The position numbers were made by a program, and so were the translations under genes. The notes under the pieces were generated by a model. That model ran no database searches and had not been told where the DNA came from. It was given only the letters and a program-made list of their open reading frames with translations. A DNA stretch of 64,000 bases, from sequence record SRR31156797_505; one strand, 5' to 3'. Below are positions 36,809-46,172 of the stretch, one piece after another (the stretch's first letter is position 1; each line of letters begins with the position of its first letter).

Positions 36809-39528
36809 TTAATAACAAAGACGTAGTTATACAAAGATCAATAAGATATACAGAACCTGAGGAGAAGGGGATTTTCGCTCAGGGGGCAAAATACTGGGTT
36901 AAGGTTACAGATGACATCGAGGAGCCGGGCAGGGGATGTGTTCACTGCTCTACATGTGTTGAGTCCTGTACACATAACACAACTAAGCCGGCGTCCGGTC
37001 ACGGCGTTTTCACCATGGAGGAGCGCTACTATAATGACGAAGGTCATAGGGTAGAACGTGCTGATAGTGATGAGATCAATCTGGTAGAGAAAATCCTCTG
37101 GATAAACCCTGATGAGTGCTGTAACTGTAAGCGCTGTGTCAAGATGTGCCCTCAGAGGGCTATCAAGGTTTTCGACAATCCAGACTATAACGATATCGGC
37201 GTACCTCTCACAGGTGCGGAGCAGATAAATAACATAATCGCACGTGCCGGCGGTAAATCAACAATATCAAGTGCTCATCTGGGGCGTGGTCAGTCTAAGA
37301 TGTATACTGACTGGCTGATAGATGCGGCTGAGATACTCTCGCCTACACGTGACCATAACAACGAATACGCCGGTCAGATGCGTGACATGTATCTCGGTAA
37401 ACGTGCCGCAAGGCTCAAAGTAGACACGCCTATCTTTGACGTGCACCAGTCCTACGGCTCTAACAGCCACGAGGCTATACTCGCCAGAATGATGGCTTGT
37501 GTTAAACTCGGCAGACCATTCTTCACGGGCGAAGGCTTTGTTCACCCTGATATGATGTCAGCGGCGGGGCACAGCATACTTCAGTTCGGCTCTGGTGGAT
37601 TTGGTCCCTGGGTTGAGCTTGATAAATTTGCTGGCGTTTCCATGAAGTACGGGCAGGACGCTAAAAAGGGTAAGGGAGGTCGCCTTCAGGATAAGAAGAA
37701 CGACTATGAGATAGCACTCCTCAGATGTGTGGAAGCTCTGCGCCACCTTTCATCCCCTAACCCGCAGCATTTGCAGTATTCCATTGAGGAGCTTCCGATG
37801 AGGGTTGAGTCCCTCCGTGCGCTTCTCGGTGATGATAAGCTTATCGGTGCTGATGTTTACGGTACTGCTTGGAATTTCTCTGAAATCTGCGTAGCGTTAG
37901 CGAAATCAGGTTTCGACTATATCACAGTGAAAGCTGGTGACGGTTCCACTGGTGCGGCGCACCTTGTAGACATGCAAAACCGTGGTCTTAACATAATATA
38001 TTTAACTCATATGGCTGATATGGCACTCAGAGCGGAAGGTCTCAGAGGGCATGTTTCAGTTATTTCTGAGGGTGGAGTGATGGACTCGTTCCACGCTATG
38101 CTCACAATGCTTGCCGGTGCTGATTTTGTCGGTATGGGTATGCGTACGCTTCATGTTCTCGGTTGTACACTCTGCCGCCGTTGTCACACTGGTCAGTGCG
38201 CCTGGGGTATCACATCGAGACCACACGGGCACAGGATAGACCCTGCAACAGCATCGGACAACATCGCACGTATGATAAAGACTTTTCATGATGATATGGA
38301 AGGTATGGCAGCCGGACTCGGTATGTCTAATCATGCGGATGTTATCGGTGCGAGACGTTTCAGATATCACGGAAGCGATCCGCTTCTTTTTGATACATTC
38401 GGCAAGGGGGAGCACGCTAAGCAGGTTCCTATCATTGCCATCCGTGAGCGTGAGAAGAAGATTTTTACATCACGTGAGAAAGCTTTTGAGGAGAACAAAG
38501 ATACATTCGAGAGGATTCTTTCAGGTATCGATGGCGACTCGCTTAAGATCGATGTCGGTTTCGACCAGATAGAATCTATGCACCTTAACCACATCATGAA
38601 AGAGGCTGTGGACAGAGGCGTTAAGAATTTCTTTCTCGATAATGTTATGGGGCAGAGAACCATAGGTACCGGTATTAACTGTGACGAGATAACCATCAGG
38701 GGGCTAGTCGGTAACCACTGTTTCGCATTCATTAGGGATGTGAAGGTTAATGTTATCCCTAATCACTCGACAATCACTACCGTTCCTGCTAATGCGCAGG
38801 TAGGTGTTGCGAACACTTCTAACCCCGCTGAGATAAATATCTCCGGTGAGGTTTCTGACCTTTTTGCGGCATATGCTATCAGCGGAACTTTCCGTGTGGC
38901 GAAATCCGGTGGTGTGCGTAACCTTCTCCTTATGAAGGCGGGCTTGCCTGATGAGTGGAAGAACCTTAAAGTTGATAGGTTCGTAGACGCCTCGAAGGAT
39001 GAAATCCTGAAAGAGCTTATTAAGAAATATCAGATGCGTAGGGCGAAACGTGTGAAGACTAACTGGCAGGATTTCCTCAAGGAATTTGAGACGAAACTCT
39101 CCAGCCGTAAAGCGCCTGTCGCTGTTTATGGGCTCGGGCACGAGAAAGGGATGGGCGACTATTTCATGGAATATGCTCAGGGCGGTATAGGTATTATCCT
39201 TAATGTTGTTAACCGTATGATCCCTGTCGGCTATTACGTTTGCAGTGGTATGACTGCGGGTGCGGCATACATCAGAGGACCTATCACTGATGATCAGCTC
39301 GGTAAAGGCGTTCGCAAGGTTGAGTACCTCACACCGGAAGATAAAGAGTTCCTCACTGGGCATATTAATGACTTTATAGCGCAGTTTATAGATGTTGATA
39401 TAGATAAGGCGTATAATGAAAGCCTGAAGGAGTTTGCGAAAGTTTGGAAATCTGATGCTGATCAGATACTGGCTGACTTCACGAAGATCATCCCGATCTC
39501 AAGTATTTCGGCTACCTCTAACAGCTAA
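36805..39528 (+). CDS. Glutamate synthase-like subunit: ferredoxin + FMN synthase domain + GXGXG beta-helix
   Basis: CVHCSTCVESC and CCNCKRCVKMCP, SYGS, TGEG, KYGQDAK.GKGG.L, YSIEEL, GSTGAA, CTLCRRCHTGQC.WGI, and C-terminal GDYFMEY..GG and GMTAG..YIRG. Confidence 0.85.
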   Translation: MINNKDVVIQRSIRYTEPEEKGIFAQGAKYWVKVTDDIEEPGRGCVHCSTCVESCTHNTTKPASGHGVFTMEERYYNDEGHRVERADSDEINLVEKILWINPDECCNCKRCVKMCPQRAIKVFDNPDYNDIGVPLTGAEQINNIIARAGGKSTISSAHLGRGQSKMYTDWLIDAAEILSPTRDHNNEYAGQMRDMYLGKRAARLKVDTPIFDVHQSYGSNSHEAILARMMACVKLGRPFFTGEGFVHPDMMSAAGHSILQFGSGGFGPWVELDKFAGVSMKYGQDAKKGKGGRLQDKKNDYEIALLRCVEALRHLSSPNPQHLQYSIEELPMRVESLRALLGDDKLIGADVYGTAWNFSEICVALAKSGFDYITVKAGDGSTGAAHLVDMQNRGLNIIYLTHMADMALRAEGLRGHVSVISEGGVMDSFHAMLTMLAGADFVGMGMRTLHVLGCTLCRRCHTGQCAWGITSRPHGHRIDPATASDNIARMIKTFHDDMEGMAAGLGMSNHADVIGARRFRYHGSDPLLFDTFGKGEHAKQVPIIAIREREKKIFTSREKAFEENKDTFERILSGIDGDSLKIDVGFDQIESMHLNHIMKEAVDRGVKNFFLDNVMGQRTIGTGINCDEITIRGLVGNHCFAFIRDVKVNVIPNHSTITTVPANAQVGVANTSNPAEINISGEVSDLFAAYAISGTFRVAKSGGVRNLLLMKAGLPDEWKNLKVDRFVDASKDEILKELIKKYQMRRAKRVKTNWQDFLKEFETKLSSRKAPVAVYGLGHEKGMGDYFMEYAQGGIGIILNVVNRMIPVGYYVCSGMTAGAAYIRGPITDDQLGKGVRKVEYLTPEDKEFLTGHINDFIAQFIDVDIDKAYNESLKEFAKVWKSDADQILADFTKIIPISSISATSNS

Positions 39529-39605
39529 CCGGTAGCACCGGTTGGCGAGACACAAGGCTGAGAATGTGTGCAGACTGCCACGTTTTCGGCTCACGTTGTT
39601 CGCCT
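39529..39605 (+). repeat. Structured element starting CCGGTAGCACCGG right after the stop codon
   Basis: It has the same CGGTAGCACCG start as the 10097 element. Long hairpin GGCGA...GCTGAGAATGTG-TGCAGACTGC-CACGTTTTCGGC...TCGCC. Confidence 0.5.
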
Positions 39606-39618
39606 GATTATAGATATT

Positions 39619-39646
39619 AAAAAAGGGAGCATTTCGGTGCTCCCTT
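39619..39646. terminator. Terminator between convergent genes
   Basis: AAAAAAGGGAGCA-tttcgg-TGCTCCCTT. Confidence 0.75.
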
Positions 39647-39651
39647 GCTGT

Positions 39652-40431
39652 TTAAATAGTTATAGTTCCGGTCATATATGTTACAGCTTTTCCGGCTATT
39701 TTAACTCTATTACCGGACATGGTACAGAGGAGGCTTCCGCCACGTTCTGACACTTGTCTGGCTTTCAGTTCGTTTTTACCAGTCTTTTCAGCCCATAGCG
39801 GAGTGAGCAGGCAGTGAGCAGAGCCTGTTACCGGATCTTCGTCTATCCCAACTTGTGGACCGAAAAACCGACTTACAAAGTCAACGTTGTCACCCTTCGC
39901 TGTTACGATAAGCCCTCTTGAGTTGAGCTGTGACAAGAGGCTGAAATCTGGGGTAAAGCCAGTAACGTCACTTTCTGATTCAAAAAAAGCAACGATATCA
40001 GAACCTACATATGTCTCTATAGGTTTTTTCCCCAGTGCCTGTTCAATGGTGTCGTCAGGATCGCAAGGGGTAACTATTTCAGCAGGGAAATCTAGTTCGA
40101 GCTTATCACCAACCTTTGAAACTGTTAAAAGTCCGCTTTTCGACATAAAGTCTATTTTATCACCTTCAAAACCTTCATGGTTGAAGAGTACATGGGCACC
40201 AGCAAGAGTGGCGTGACCGCAAAGATCAATCTCGCACCCGGGAGTGAACCACCTGATGTTAAGCTCGCCATCTTTATCGAAGATGTAGGCGGTTTCAGAT
40301 AGATTGTTCTCAATTGCGATATTATGCATAAGCTCATCTGAAATTATTTCATCCAGCGGGCATACAGCCGCAGGGTTACCTTTAAAAACGTCATCAGCGA
40401 AAGCGTCAACCTGATAAATCTTAATCTCCAT
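39652..40431 (-). CDS. PhzF-family isomerase
   Basis: QVDAF..GNPAAV, NLSETA, IRWFTP..EIDLCGHATL and EDPVTGSAH. Confidence 0.93.
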   Translation of the reverse strand: MEIKIYQVDAFADDVFKGNPAAVCPLDEIISDELMHNIAIENNLSETAYIFDKDGELNIRWFTPGCEIDLCGHATLAGAHVLFNHEGFEGDKIDFMSKSGLLTVSKVGDKLELDFPAEIVTPCDPDDTIEQALGKKPIETYVGSDIVAFFESESDVTGFTPDFSLLSQLNSRGLIVTAKGDNVDFVSRFFGPQVGIDEDPVTGSAHCLLTPLWAEKTGKNELKARQVSERGGSLLCTMSGNRVKIAGKAVTYMTGTITI

Positions 40432-40585
40432 AACATCACCTCATTATCAATAATAACAGTAACAGTTGAGTATTTTTAGATACAGTTTCGATTCATTCAA
40501 CCGTATCAGGTATACATTGGCACTGTAGAAAAAGCCGTAAGAGGGGCTATATGGCATAGTATTTCATGCCAAGTTAAAAGAATTG

Positions 40586-40610
40586 ATTGATATTGACATT
40601 CAGTATCAAT
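40586..40610. promoter_or_regulatory. Palindromic operator-like site overlapping a TTGACA hexamer
   Basis: ATTGATATTGA-cat-TCAGTATCAAT between divergent genes. Confidence 0.4.
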
Positions 40611-40651
40611 TAGTGTAAGTAATAAAGTTAGTCAAAACTGAGAAGTGAGTT

Positions 40652-41593
40652 ATGATTAGTAATGAACAAGAAAATAAAATATATGTAGGGCTTAATTTGC
40701 GGTCAAGAGTTATGCTGGTCATCGTACTATTTGTGATACTCCCCCTGGCTGCAGTTATTTACCTATATGAAACACAGCTTGTAGAGCCCGGAAAGAACAT
40801 GCTGTTTGTGCTTCCGTTCCTTATGCTTGTGATGATCTTTCCTATTGTGTCCTTATTTGAAATGATCATTTTTAATAAGCCGATGATTAGGATTATAGAA
40901 TTTTGTATAAAGCTTAAGGAAGGAAACTACAGCGTCAATTTTAACCTGCCTAATCAGAAGGACGATGAGCCTCTTTTTGTTAATATGCTGAGAGAGCTTC
41001 AGTCCGTTGCCAACCACATAAGGGTAACTAACAGAGATTTTGTAAGCGCTGTACGTGATACTAAAGACACAGCTGAAAAGATGAAAAACCTCGCTATCAA
41101 AGATGCCCTCACAGAGCTTTATAACAGGCGTTATTTCGACGCTATGATATTAGATGAAATCACCAGAGCTCATAATCATAATAACTGGCTGACTTTGCTG
41201 ATGCTTGATTGTGATAAATTTAAGAAGATTAATGATAATCTTGGGCATTCAGAAGGCGATAACACACTCAGGCTCCTTGCAGATACTATCAGAGGCTCTG
41301 TAAGAACCAGCAGAGATATCCCTTTCAGGTTTGGCGGTGATGAGTTTGGTGTTATTTTGCCCTCAGCAGATGTGAACGCTGCTATAGTCGTAGCCAGACG
41401 CATCCAGGAGAAGTACAGGGTTAGCAAGAACCTCGGAACCAGCCTTAGTATATCTATTACCTCGGCAAAATTCAGATGCGTGAAAGACCTTGATAACGTT
41501 ATGAGTAATATAATAAATGTTACGGATAAAGGGCTTTACAAGGTGAAAGAATCCGGCGGTGATGATATCTCTGTGAATGTTATAAGAGAGTAA
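40652..41593 (+). CDS. Membrane-anchored HAMP-GGDEF diguanylate cyclase
   Basis: Two TM helices, a HAMP-like segment, DALTELYNRR, DCDKFK.IND..GH and RFGGDEF. Confidence 0.9.
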   Translation: MISNEQENKIYVGLNLRSRVMLVIVLFVILPLAAVIYLYETQLVEPGKNMLFVLPFLMLVMIFPIVSLFEMIIFNKPMIRIIEFCIKLKEGNYSVNFNLPNQKDDEPLFVNMLRELQSVANHIRVTNRDFVSAVRDTKDTAEKMKNLAIKDALTELYNRRYFDAMILDEITRAHNHNNWLTLLMLDCDKFKKINDNLGHSEGDNTLRLLADTIRGSVRTSRDIPFRFGGDEFGVILPSADVNAAIVVARRIQEKYRVSKNLGTSLSISITSAKFRCVKDLDNVMSNIINVTDKGLYKVKESGGDDISVNVIRE

Positions 41594-41614
41594 AAAGGGG
41601 AGCCGAAACTCCCC
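41592..41614. terminator. Terminator between convergent genes
   Basis: AAAAAGGGGAG-ccgaaa-CTCCCC. Confidence 0.65.
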
Positions 41615-41624
41615 GTAGTTCGAT

Positions 41625-42617
41625 TTATAAGTCTTGAATCTTGAGGACAATTTTACCGAAGTGAGCGTCCGCTTCCATCATTTTATGAGCATCCACAACC
41701 TCTTCGATCGGGAACACTTTTTCGATAATAGGGACGATTGTTCTGTCTGCGAATTTCGGAATAGCTCTGCTAGTGAATTCAGCGACTATATCACCTTTCA
41801 TAGCGACAGGTCTGCTTCTGAGTACGGAGCCGATAATCTGTTGGCGTTTAACCATCATGAGTGCGAGATTCAGCTCAGCTTTGATGCCGCTGATAACGCC
41901 GATAACCACAAGCTTGCCCATATATCCGAGTGAGCTCATATTAGGTTTGAGGTACTTTGCACCGACATGGTCGAGGATAAGGTCAACACCCTTTTTCGCT
42001 GTATACTCTTTAACCGCTTCGGAGAAGTCAGGAGTTGTTGTGTAGTCTACCACGAGTGACGCACCGAGCTTTTTCACTTCTTCAATTTTTGAAGGAGCCG
42101 CAGTTACAAGGTATTTACTGTTTGGTGTGAGAGCATTAGAGAGCTGTATCGCCGCAGTGTTTACACCACCGCCCCCTCCGTGAAAGATCGCTGTCTGTCC
42201 GTCCTGAAAGTCACCAATCATAAAGACGTTCGAAAATGCTGTGATGTATGATTCGCAGACGCAAGCCGCTTCCTCATAGCTCATAGTTTCAGGTATTTTA
42301 ATAAGGTGGCATGCGTAGGCTACTGCGTACTCAGCGTAACCGCCTCCGCCCACAAGTGTCATAACCCTGTCGCCGACTTTCCAGCCGGAAACATCAGCAC
42401 CGACCTCTTCGATGATACCTGCAACCTCAAGACCGAGTATTGTGGAATCTCCCTTTGGTGCTGGATAGTTACCCTCACGCTGAACAAGGTCTGGTCTATT
42501 TATGGATGTGGCGGCAACTTTTACGAGTACCTGATCTGCCGATGGTGATGGCTTATCTGCCTCACCGACGTAAAGTACATCAGCACTGCCGAATTCTTTC
42601 ATTAATACTGCTTTCAT
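41625..42617 (-). CDS. NAD(P)H:quinone oxidoreductase (PIG3/zeta-crystallin family)
   Basis: INRPDL.QR.G.YP, LGLEVAG, GGGYAEY, GSVLRSR and HFGKIVL. Confidence 0.92.
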   Translation of the reverse strand: MKAVLMKEFGSADVLYVGEADKPSPSADQVLVKVAATSINRPDLVQREGNYPAPKGDSTILGLEVAGIIEEVGADVSGWKVGDRVMTLVGGGGYAEYAVAYACHLIKIPETMSYEEAACVCESYITAFSNVFMIGDFQDGQTAIFHGGGGGVNTAAIQLSNALTPNSKYLVTAAPSKIEEVKKLGASLVVDYTTTPDFSEAVKEYTAKKGVDLILDHVGAKYLKPNMSSLGYMGKLVVIGVISGIKAELNLALMMVKRQQIIGSVLRSRPVAMKGDIVAEFTSRAIPKFADRTIVPIIEKVFPIEEVVDAHKMMEADAHFGKIVLKIQDL

Positions 42618-42761
42618 TTGAACCTCCGAAAAACTTTTCAATGTCGAATATAAGTTTTACATAAAAAACTGCGTTTGAAAATGGTAAATGACCATATAAT
42701 TCTTGAATTTTCCGCCCTCATGTTTAAAATCTTAAGATTAACTAACCAGAGGGGTAGTATT

Positions 42762-43730
42762 ATGAAGAAGTTTTTAATTGCATTAATGATAACAGCTTTT
42801 GCGGTTTCCGGCTTTGCTGGCGAAATGGTAAAGGTCGGTATCTCTCAGATTGTTGAGCATCCTGCGCTCGACGCTGTACGTGACGGCATCATAAGCGAGA
42901 TGGGTAAGTGCGGTTACGTAAAGGGTCAGAACGTAGAGTTTGATACTCAATCCGCTCAGGGCAACATGGTTACAGCTAACCAGATAGCTAATAAGTTCGC
43001 AGGGGATAAGAAGGATATCGTAATAGGTATCGCTACTCCGACTGCTCTTTCTCTCATAAATACATTTAAAAAGCTAGCTCCGGAGACACCTGTAATGTTT
43101 GCAGCGGTGACAGACCCTGCCGGTGCTAAGATGGTCAAAGACCTTTATAAGCCGGGCGGAATGGTGACTGGTGTTAGTGACCTCGCTCCTATCGAGAAGC
43201 AGTTTAACCTCATCTTCGAGCTTGGTTTTACTCCTGAGAAAGTAGGTATTATATATAACTCCGGCGAGCAGAACAGCCGCTCACAGCTTGAGCTTGCTAA
43301 GGCTGCCGCTAAGAAGAAGGGTGTGAAGATTGTTGAACGTGCAATCGCTAATTCATCAGGTGTTTACGCTGCGGCTCAATCACTCGTTGGTAAGGTTCAG
43401 GCTATATATATCACAACAGACAATACAGTAGTTTCTGCTACTGAGTCCGTTGTCAAGGTCGCTAATGAGCATAAGATTCCACTTGTTATGTCTGATGTTG
43501 ATTCAGTTAAGCGTGGCGCTCTTGCGGCGAAAGGTTTCGACTATTACAAGCATGGTGAGCAGGCTGGAGCTATGGCGTGCCGCATCCTTAAGGGTGCTAA
43601 GCCTGGCGATATCCCTGTAGAGTTTCAGAAAGATCTTAAGCTTTTCATCAACATGAAGGCGGCCAGAACTCTTAACCACGGCATCCCGTCTGCACTCATT
43701 AACTCTGCTGACGAGGTACTTAATAAATAA
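42762..43730 (+). CDS. ABC transporter substrate-binding protein (aromatic amino acid-type)
   Basis: Signal peptide, QIVEHPALD, AQG, IATPTA, AVTDP, VTGVSD and TDNTV. Confidence 0.9.
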   Translation: MKKFLIALMITAFAVSGFAGEMVKVGISQIVEHPALDAVRDGIISEMGKCGYVKGQNVEFDTQSAQGNMVTANQIANKFAGDKKDIVIGIATPTALSLINTFKKLAPETPVMFAAVTDPAGAKMVKDLYKPGGMVTGVSDLAPIEKQFNLIFELGFTPEKVGIIYNSGEQNSRSQLELAKAAAKKKGVKIVERAIANSSGVYAAAQSLVGKVQAIYITTDNTVVSATESVVKVANEHKIPLVMSDVDSVKRGALAAKGFDYYKHGEQAGAMACRILKGAKPGDIPVEFQKDLKLFINMKAARTLNHGIPSALINSADEVLNK

Positions 43731-44620
43731 TGTCATATTTTGCATTTCTGGGAGCCATTGAGCACGGATTAGTCTTCTCGCTTATGGCTCTCGGAGTTTT
43801 TCTGACGTTTCGTGCGCTCGATTTTCCTGATCTGTCTGTGGACGGTTCTTTGCCTCTCGGGGCGGCTGTCAGCGCACTTATGATAACCAAAGGCGGCGAC
43901 CCGTACCTCTCTGTTGTGCTTGCTTTTATAGCAGGCTTCGGAGCGGGTGCTATCACCGCTTTGCTTAACACTAAGCTTAAAATATTAAGCCTCCTTGCCG
44001 GTATCCTGACGATGATCGCACTTTATTCGATAAATCTGCGAATCATGGGGATGCCGAACATCCCGCTTCTCGGCTATGAGACAGTTTTTACTCCATTTGA
44101 AAATATGGGGATAAACCCTCAGTTTGCGGCTATTGTGCTCTTTCTCATCTTCACCGTTGCTGTTTGCATATTTCTGGTGTGGTTCTTCCATACTGACGTG
44201 GGGCTTGCCCTCCGTGCTACGGGTGACAATATGAAGATGGTTAAGGCGCAGGGTGTGAACACTGACAGGATGATATTTTTCGGGGTGGCACTTAGTAACG
44301 CTTTTGTTGCTATGTGCGGTGCACTTGTTGCTCAGTCGATAGGTTTTGCGGATGTGAGCATGGGTATAGGTACTGTTGTGGCGGGTCTCGCCTCTGTGAT
44401 TGTCGGTGAGGCTGTTCTCTCCAGCAGAACAGTGCTTAGGGCTGTAATAGGTGTTGTGATCGGTTCTATGGTTTACCGGATGGCTGTCGCTTTCGCTCTC
44501 TCAGTAGAGCTCGGCCCGATAAAGCTTTCGCCGGGTGACCTCAACCTTATCACGGCAATAATTGTAGTGCTCGCACTCACATTTCCGGGGTTGCGTAAAA
44601 AGCTGGGGAGTGTGAAATGA
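43730..44620 (+). CDS. ABC transporter permease
   Basis: FPDLSVDGS..LG, LRATGDN and G.G.VVAGLASVIVGE. Confidence 0.92.
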   Translation: MSYFAFLGAIEHGLVFSLMALGVFLTFRALDFPDLSVDGSLPLGAAVSALMITKGGDPYLSVVLAFIAGFGAGAITALLNTKLKILSLLAGILTMIALYSINLRIMGMPNIPLLGYETVFTPFENMGINPQFAAIVLFLIFTVAVCIFLVWFFHTDVGLALRATGDNMKMVKAQGVNTDRMIFFGVALSNAFVAMCGALVAQSIGFADVSMGIGTVVAGLASVIVGEAVLSSRTVLRAVIGVVIGSMVYRMAVAFALSVELGPIKLSPGDLNLITAIIVVLALTFPGLRKKLGSVK

Positions 44621-45414
44621 TAGAACTCCAGAGCATTAAAAAGGTTTTTAACGCCGGAACAGTGAACGAGAAAGTTGCGATTAACGGTTTAGATCTTAAA
44701 ATAGAAAAAGGTGATTTCATCACTGTTATCGGGAGTAACGGCGCAGGTAAGTCTACCATGCTTAGTATTATGGCAGGCTTTCAGAATCCTGACGGCGGTA
44801 AGGTGCTTTTCGATGGTAATGATATCACAAAAGTTCCTGAATATAAGCGTGCAAGCTACATAGGTGTGGTTTTCCAAGATCCGCTCAGCGGTACGGCAAA
44901 GTCGCTCTCTATTGAGGAGAATATGGCAATTGCCACCAAACGTGGAACGAAGCGTTGGTTCGGTAAAGGTGTTACAGCTTCCAGAAGGGCAGATTTCAGA
45001 GAACGCCTTAAACAGCTCGGGCTTGGGCTTGAGGAGAGGCTTAAGGTGAATGCGGGGCTGCTCTCCGGTGGTCAGAGGCAATCGTTAACGCTCCTTATGG
45101 CTGCTATGGCTGATCCGAAAATCCTACTGCTTGATGAGCATACGGCAGCACTCGACCCGAGGACGGCGGGGCTTGTTATGGGGCTTACAGATAAGCTGAT
45201 TAAGGATATGGGGCTCACCGCTATGATGGTCACACATAACATGAATCAGGCGCTTGAATATGGGAATAGAATAATAATGATGCACGAGGGCGAGATAGTC
45301 CTCGACATCAAAGGTAAAGATAAAGAGGGGCTTACGATTCCTGATCTCCTTAACATGTTCGAAAAGGTTAGGGGTGAGGGGATAGCTGACGATAAGCTCC
45401 TGCTCAGTAAATAA
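44617..45414 (+). CDS. ABC transporter ATP-binding protein
   Basis: GSNGAGKST, LSGGQRQ, LLLDEHTAALDP and VTH. Confidence 0.95.
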   Translation: MIELQSIKKVFNAGTVNEKVAINGLDLKIEKGDFITVIGSNGAGKSTMLSIMAGFQNPDGGKVLFDGNDITKVPEYKRASYIGVVFQDPLSGTAKSLSIEENMAIATKRGTKRWFGKGVTASRRADFRERLKQLGLGLEERLKVNAGLLSGGQRQSLTLLMAAMADPKILLLDEHTAALDPRTAGLVMGLTDKLIKDMGLTAMMVTHNMNQALEYGNRIIMMHEGEIVLDIKGKDKEGLTIPDLLNMFEKVRGEGIADDKLLLSK

Positions 45415-45418
45415 GGCG

Positions 45419-45502
45419 TTTCTTTTCAGCCAGCTCTGCGTTCAAAAATGCTCATTTACTACGGTGTAAACTTCGCATTTTTAGCCTAGACCTGAAAGAA
45501 AA
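45419..45502. repeat. ERIC/REP-like palindromic intergenic element
   Basis: TTTCTTTTCAG...CTGAAAGAAA outer stem enclosing AAAAATGC-tca-TTTAC-tacggt-GTAAA-cttc-GCATTTTT. Confidence 0.5.
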
Positions 45503-45554
45503 TAATTCACCTTTAAAAAGGTGTAACTGTAGTTACGAATACTTTGGAGAAATT

Positions 45555-46172
45555 ATGTCTAGATTTGACGAAAGTGCTTCCATATGGGACACAAAACCGA
45601 GAAGGGTTAAGCTGGCTAAAGATGTAGTTAGTTCGATTATTAAATATGCAAAGCCAGAAAAAGGGATTGATATAATAGACTTTGGCACAGGGACAGGTCT
45701 TATTGTCCTCGGGCTAGCTGACTATGCGAAAACTATGAGAGGTTACGACACATCACAAGGGATGCTTGAGGTGCTGTCAAAAAAAGCTGTAGAGGCTGGA
45801 ATTAATAATCTTGATACTTCTTTCTTAGATATAGAGAAAGATGATTTCGAGGCTGAATCCGCAGATATGGTTACATGTAGTATGGTAGCTCACCACCTCG
45901 ATAGTCCGGAAGTGTTTTTCGCTAAGGCGTATGATGCACTACGTGACGGCGGAAAACTATGCGTTGCTGATCTTGGATACACAGAAATTCCTTTTCACGA
46001 CACTTTTCCTGATGATGTTAAGCACGAAGGCTTTTCAAAAGAGTGGATAACTGAGGCTTTCGAGAATTGTGGTTTCAGCTCTGTGCAGTTTGAGACTGGT
46101 GCTGTTATGGAAAAAGAGAGGGATGGCAAAAAACTTGAGTTTGAAATATTTCTCGCAATAGGCACTAAATGA
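45555..46172 (+). CDS. Class I SAM-dependent methyltransferase
   Basis: IDFGTGTG, D.S.GML, SMVAHH and GGKL..ADL. Confidence 0.9.
   Translation: MSRFDESASIWDTKPRRVKLAKDVVSSIIKYAKPEKGIDIIDFGTGTGLIVLGLADYAKTMRGYDTSQGMLEVLSKKAVEAGINNLDTSFLDIEKDDFEAESADMVTCSMVAHHLDSPEVFFAKAYDALRDGGKLCVADLGYTEIPFHDTFPDDVKHEGFSKEWITEAFENCGFSSVQFETGAVMEKERDGKKLEFEIFLAIGTK

Noticed and set aside
40517..40571. Sigma54 promoters at TGGCAC/TGGCAT upstream of the DGC
   Set aside because: The conserved GC at -12 is missing at the required spacing in both cases.
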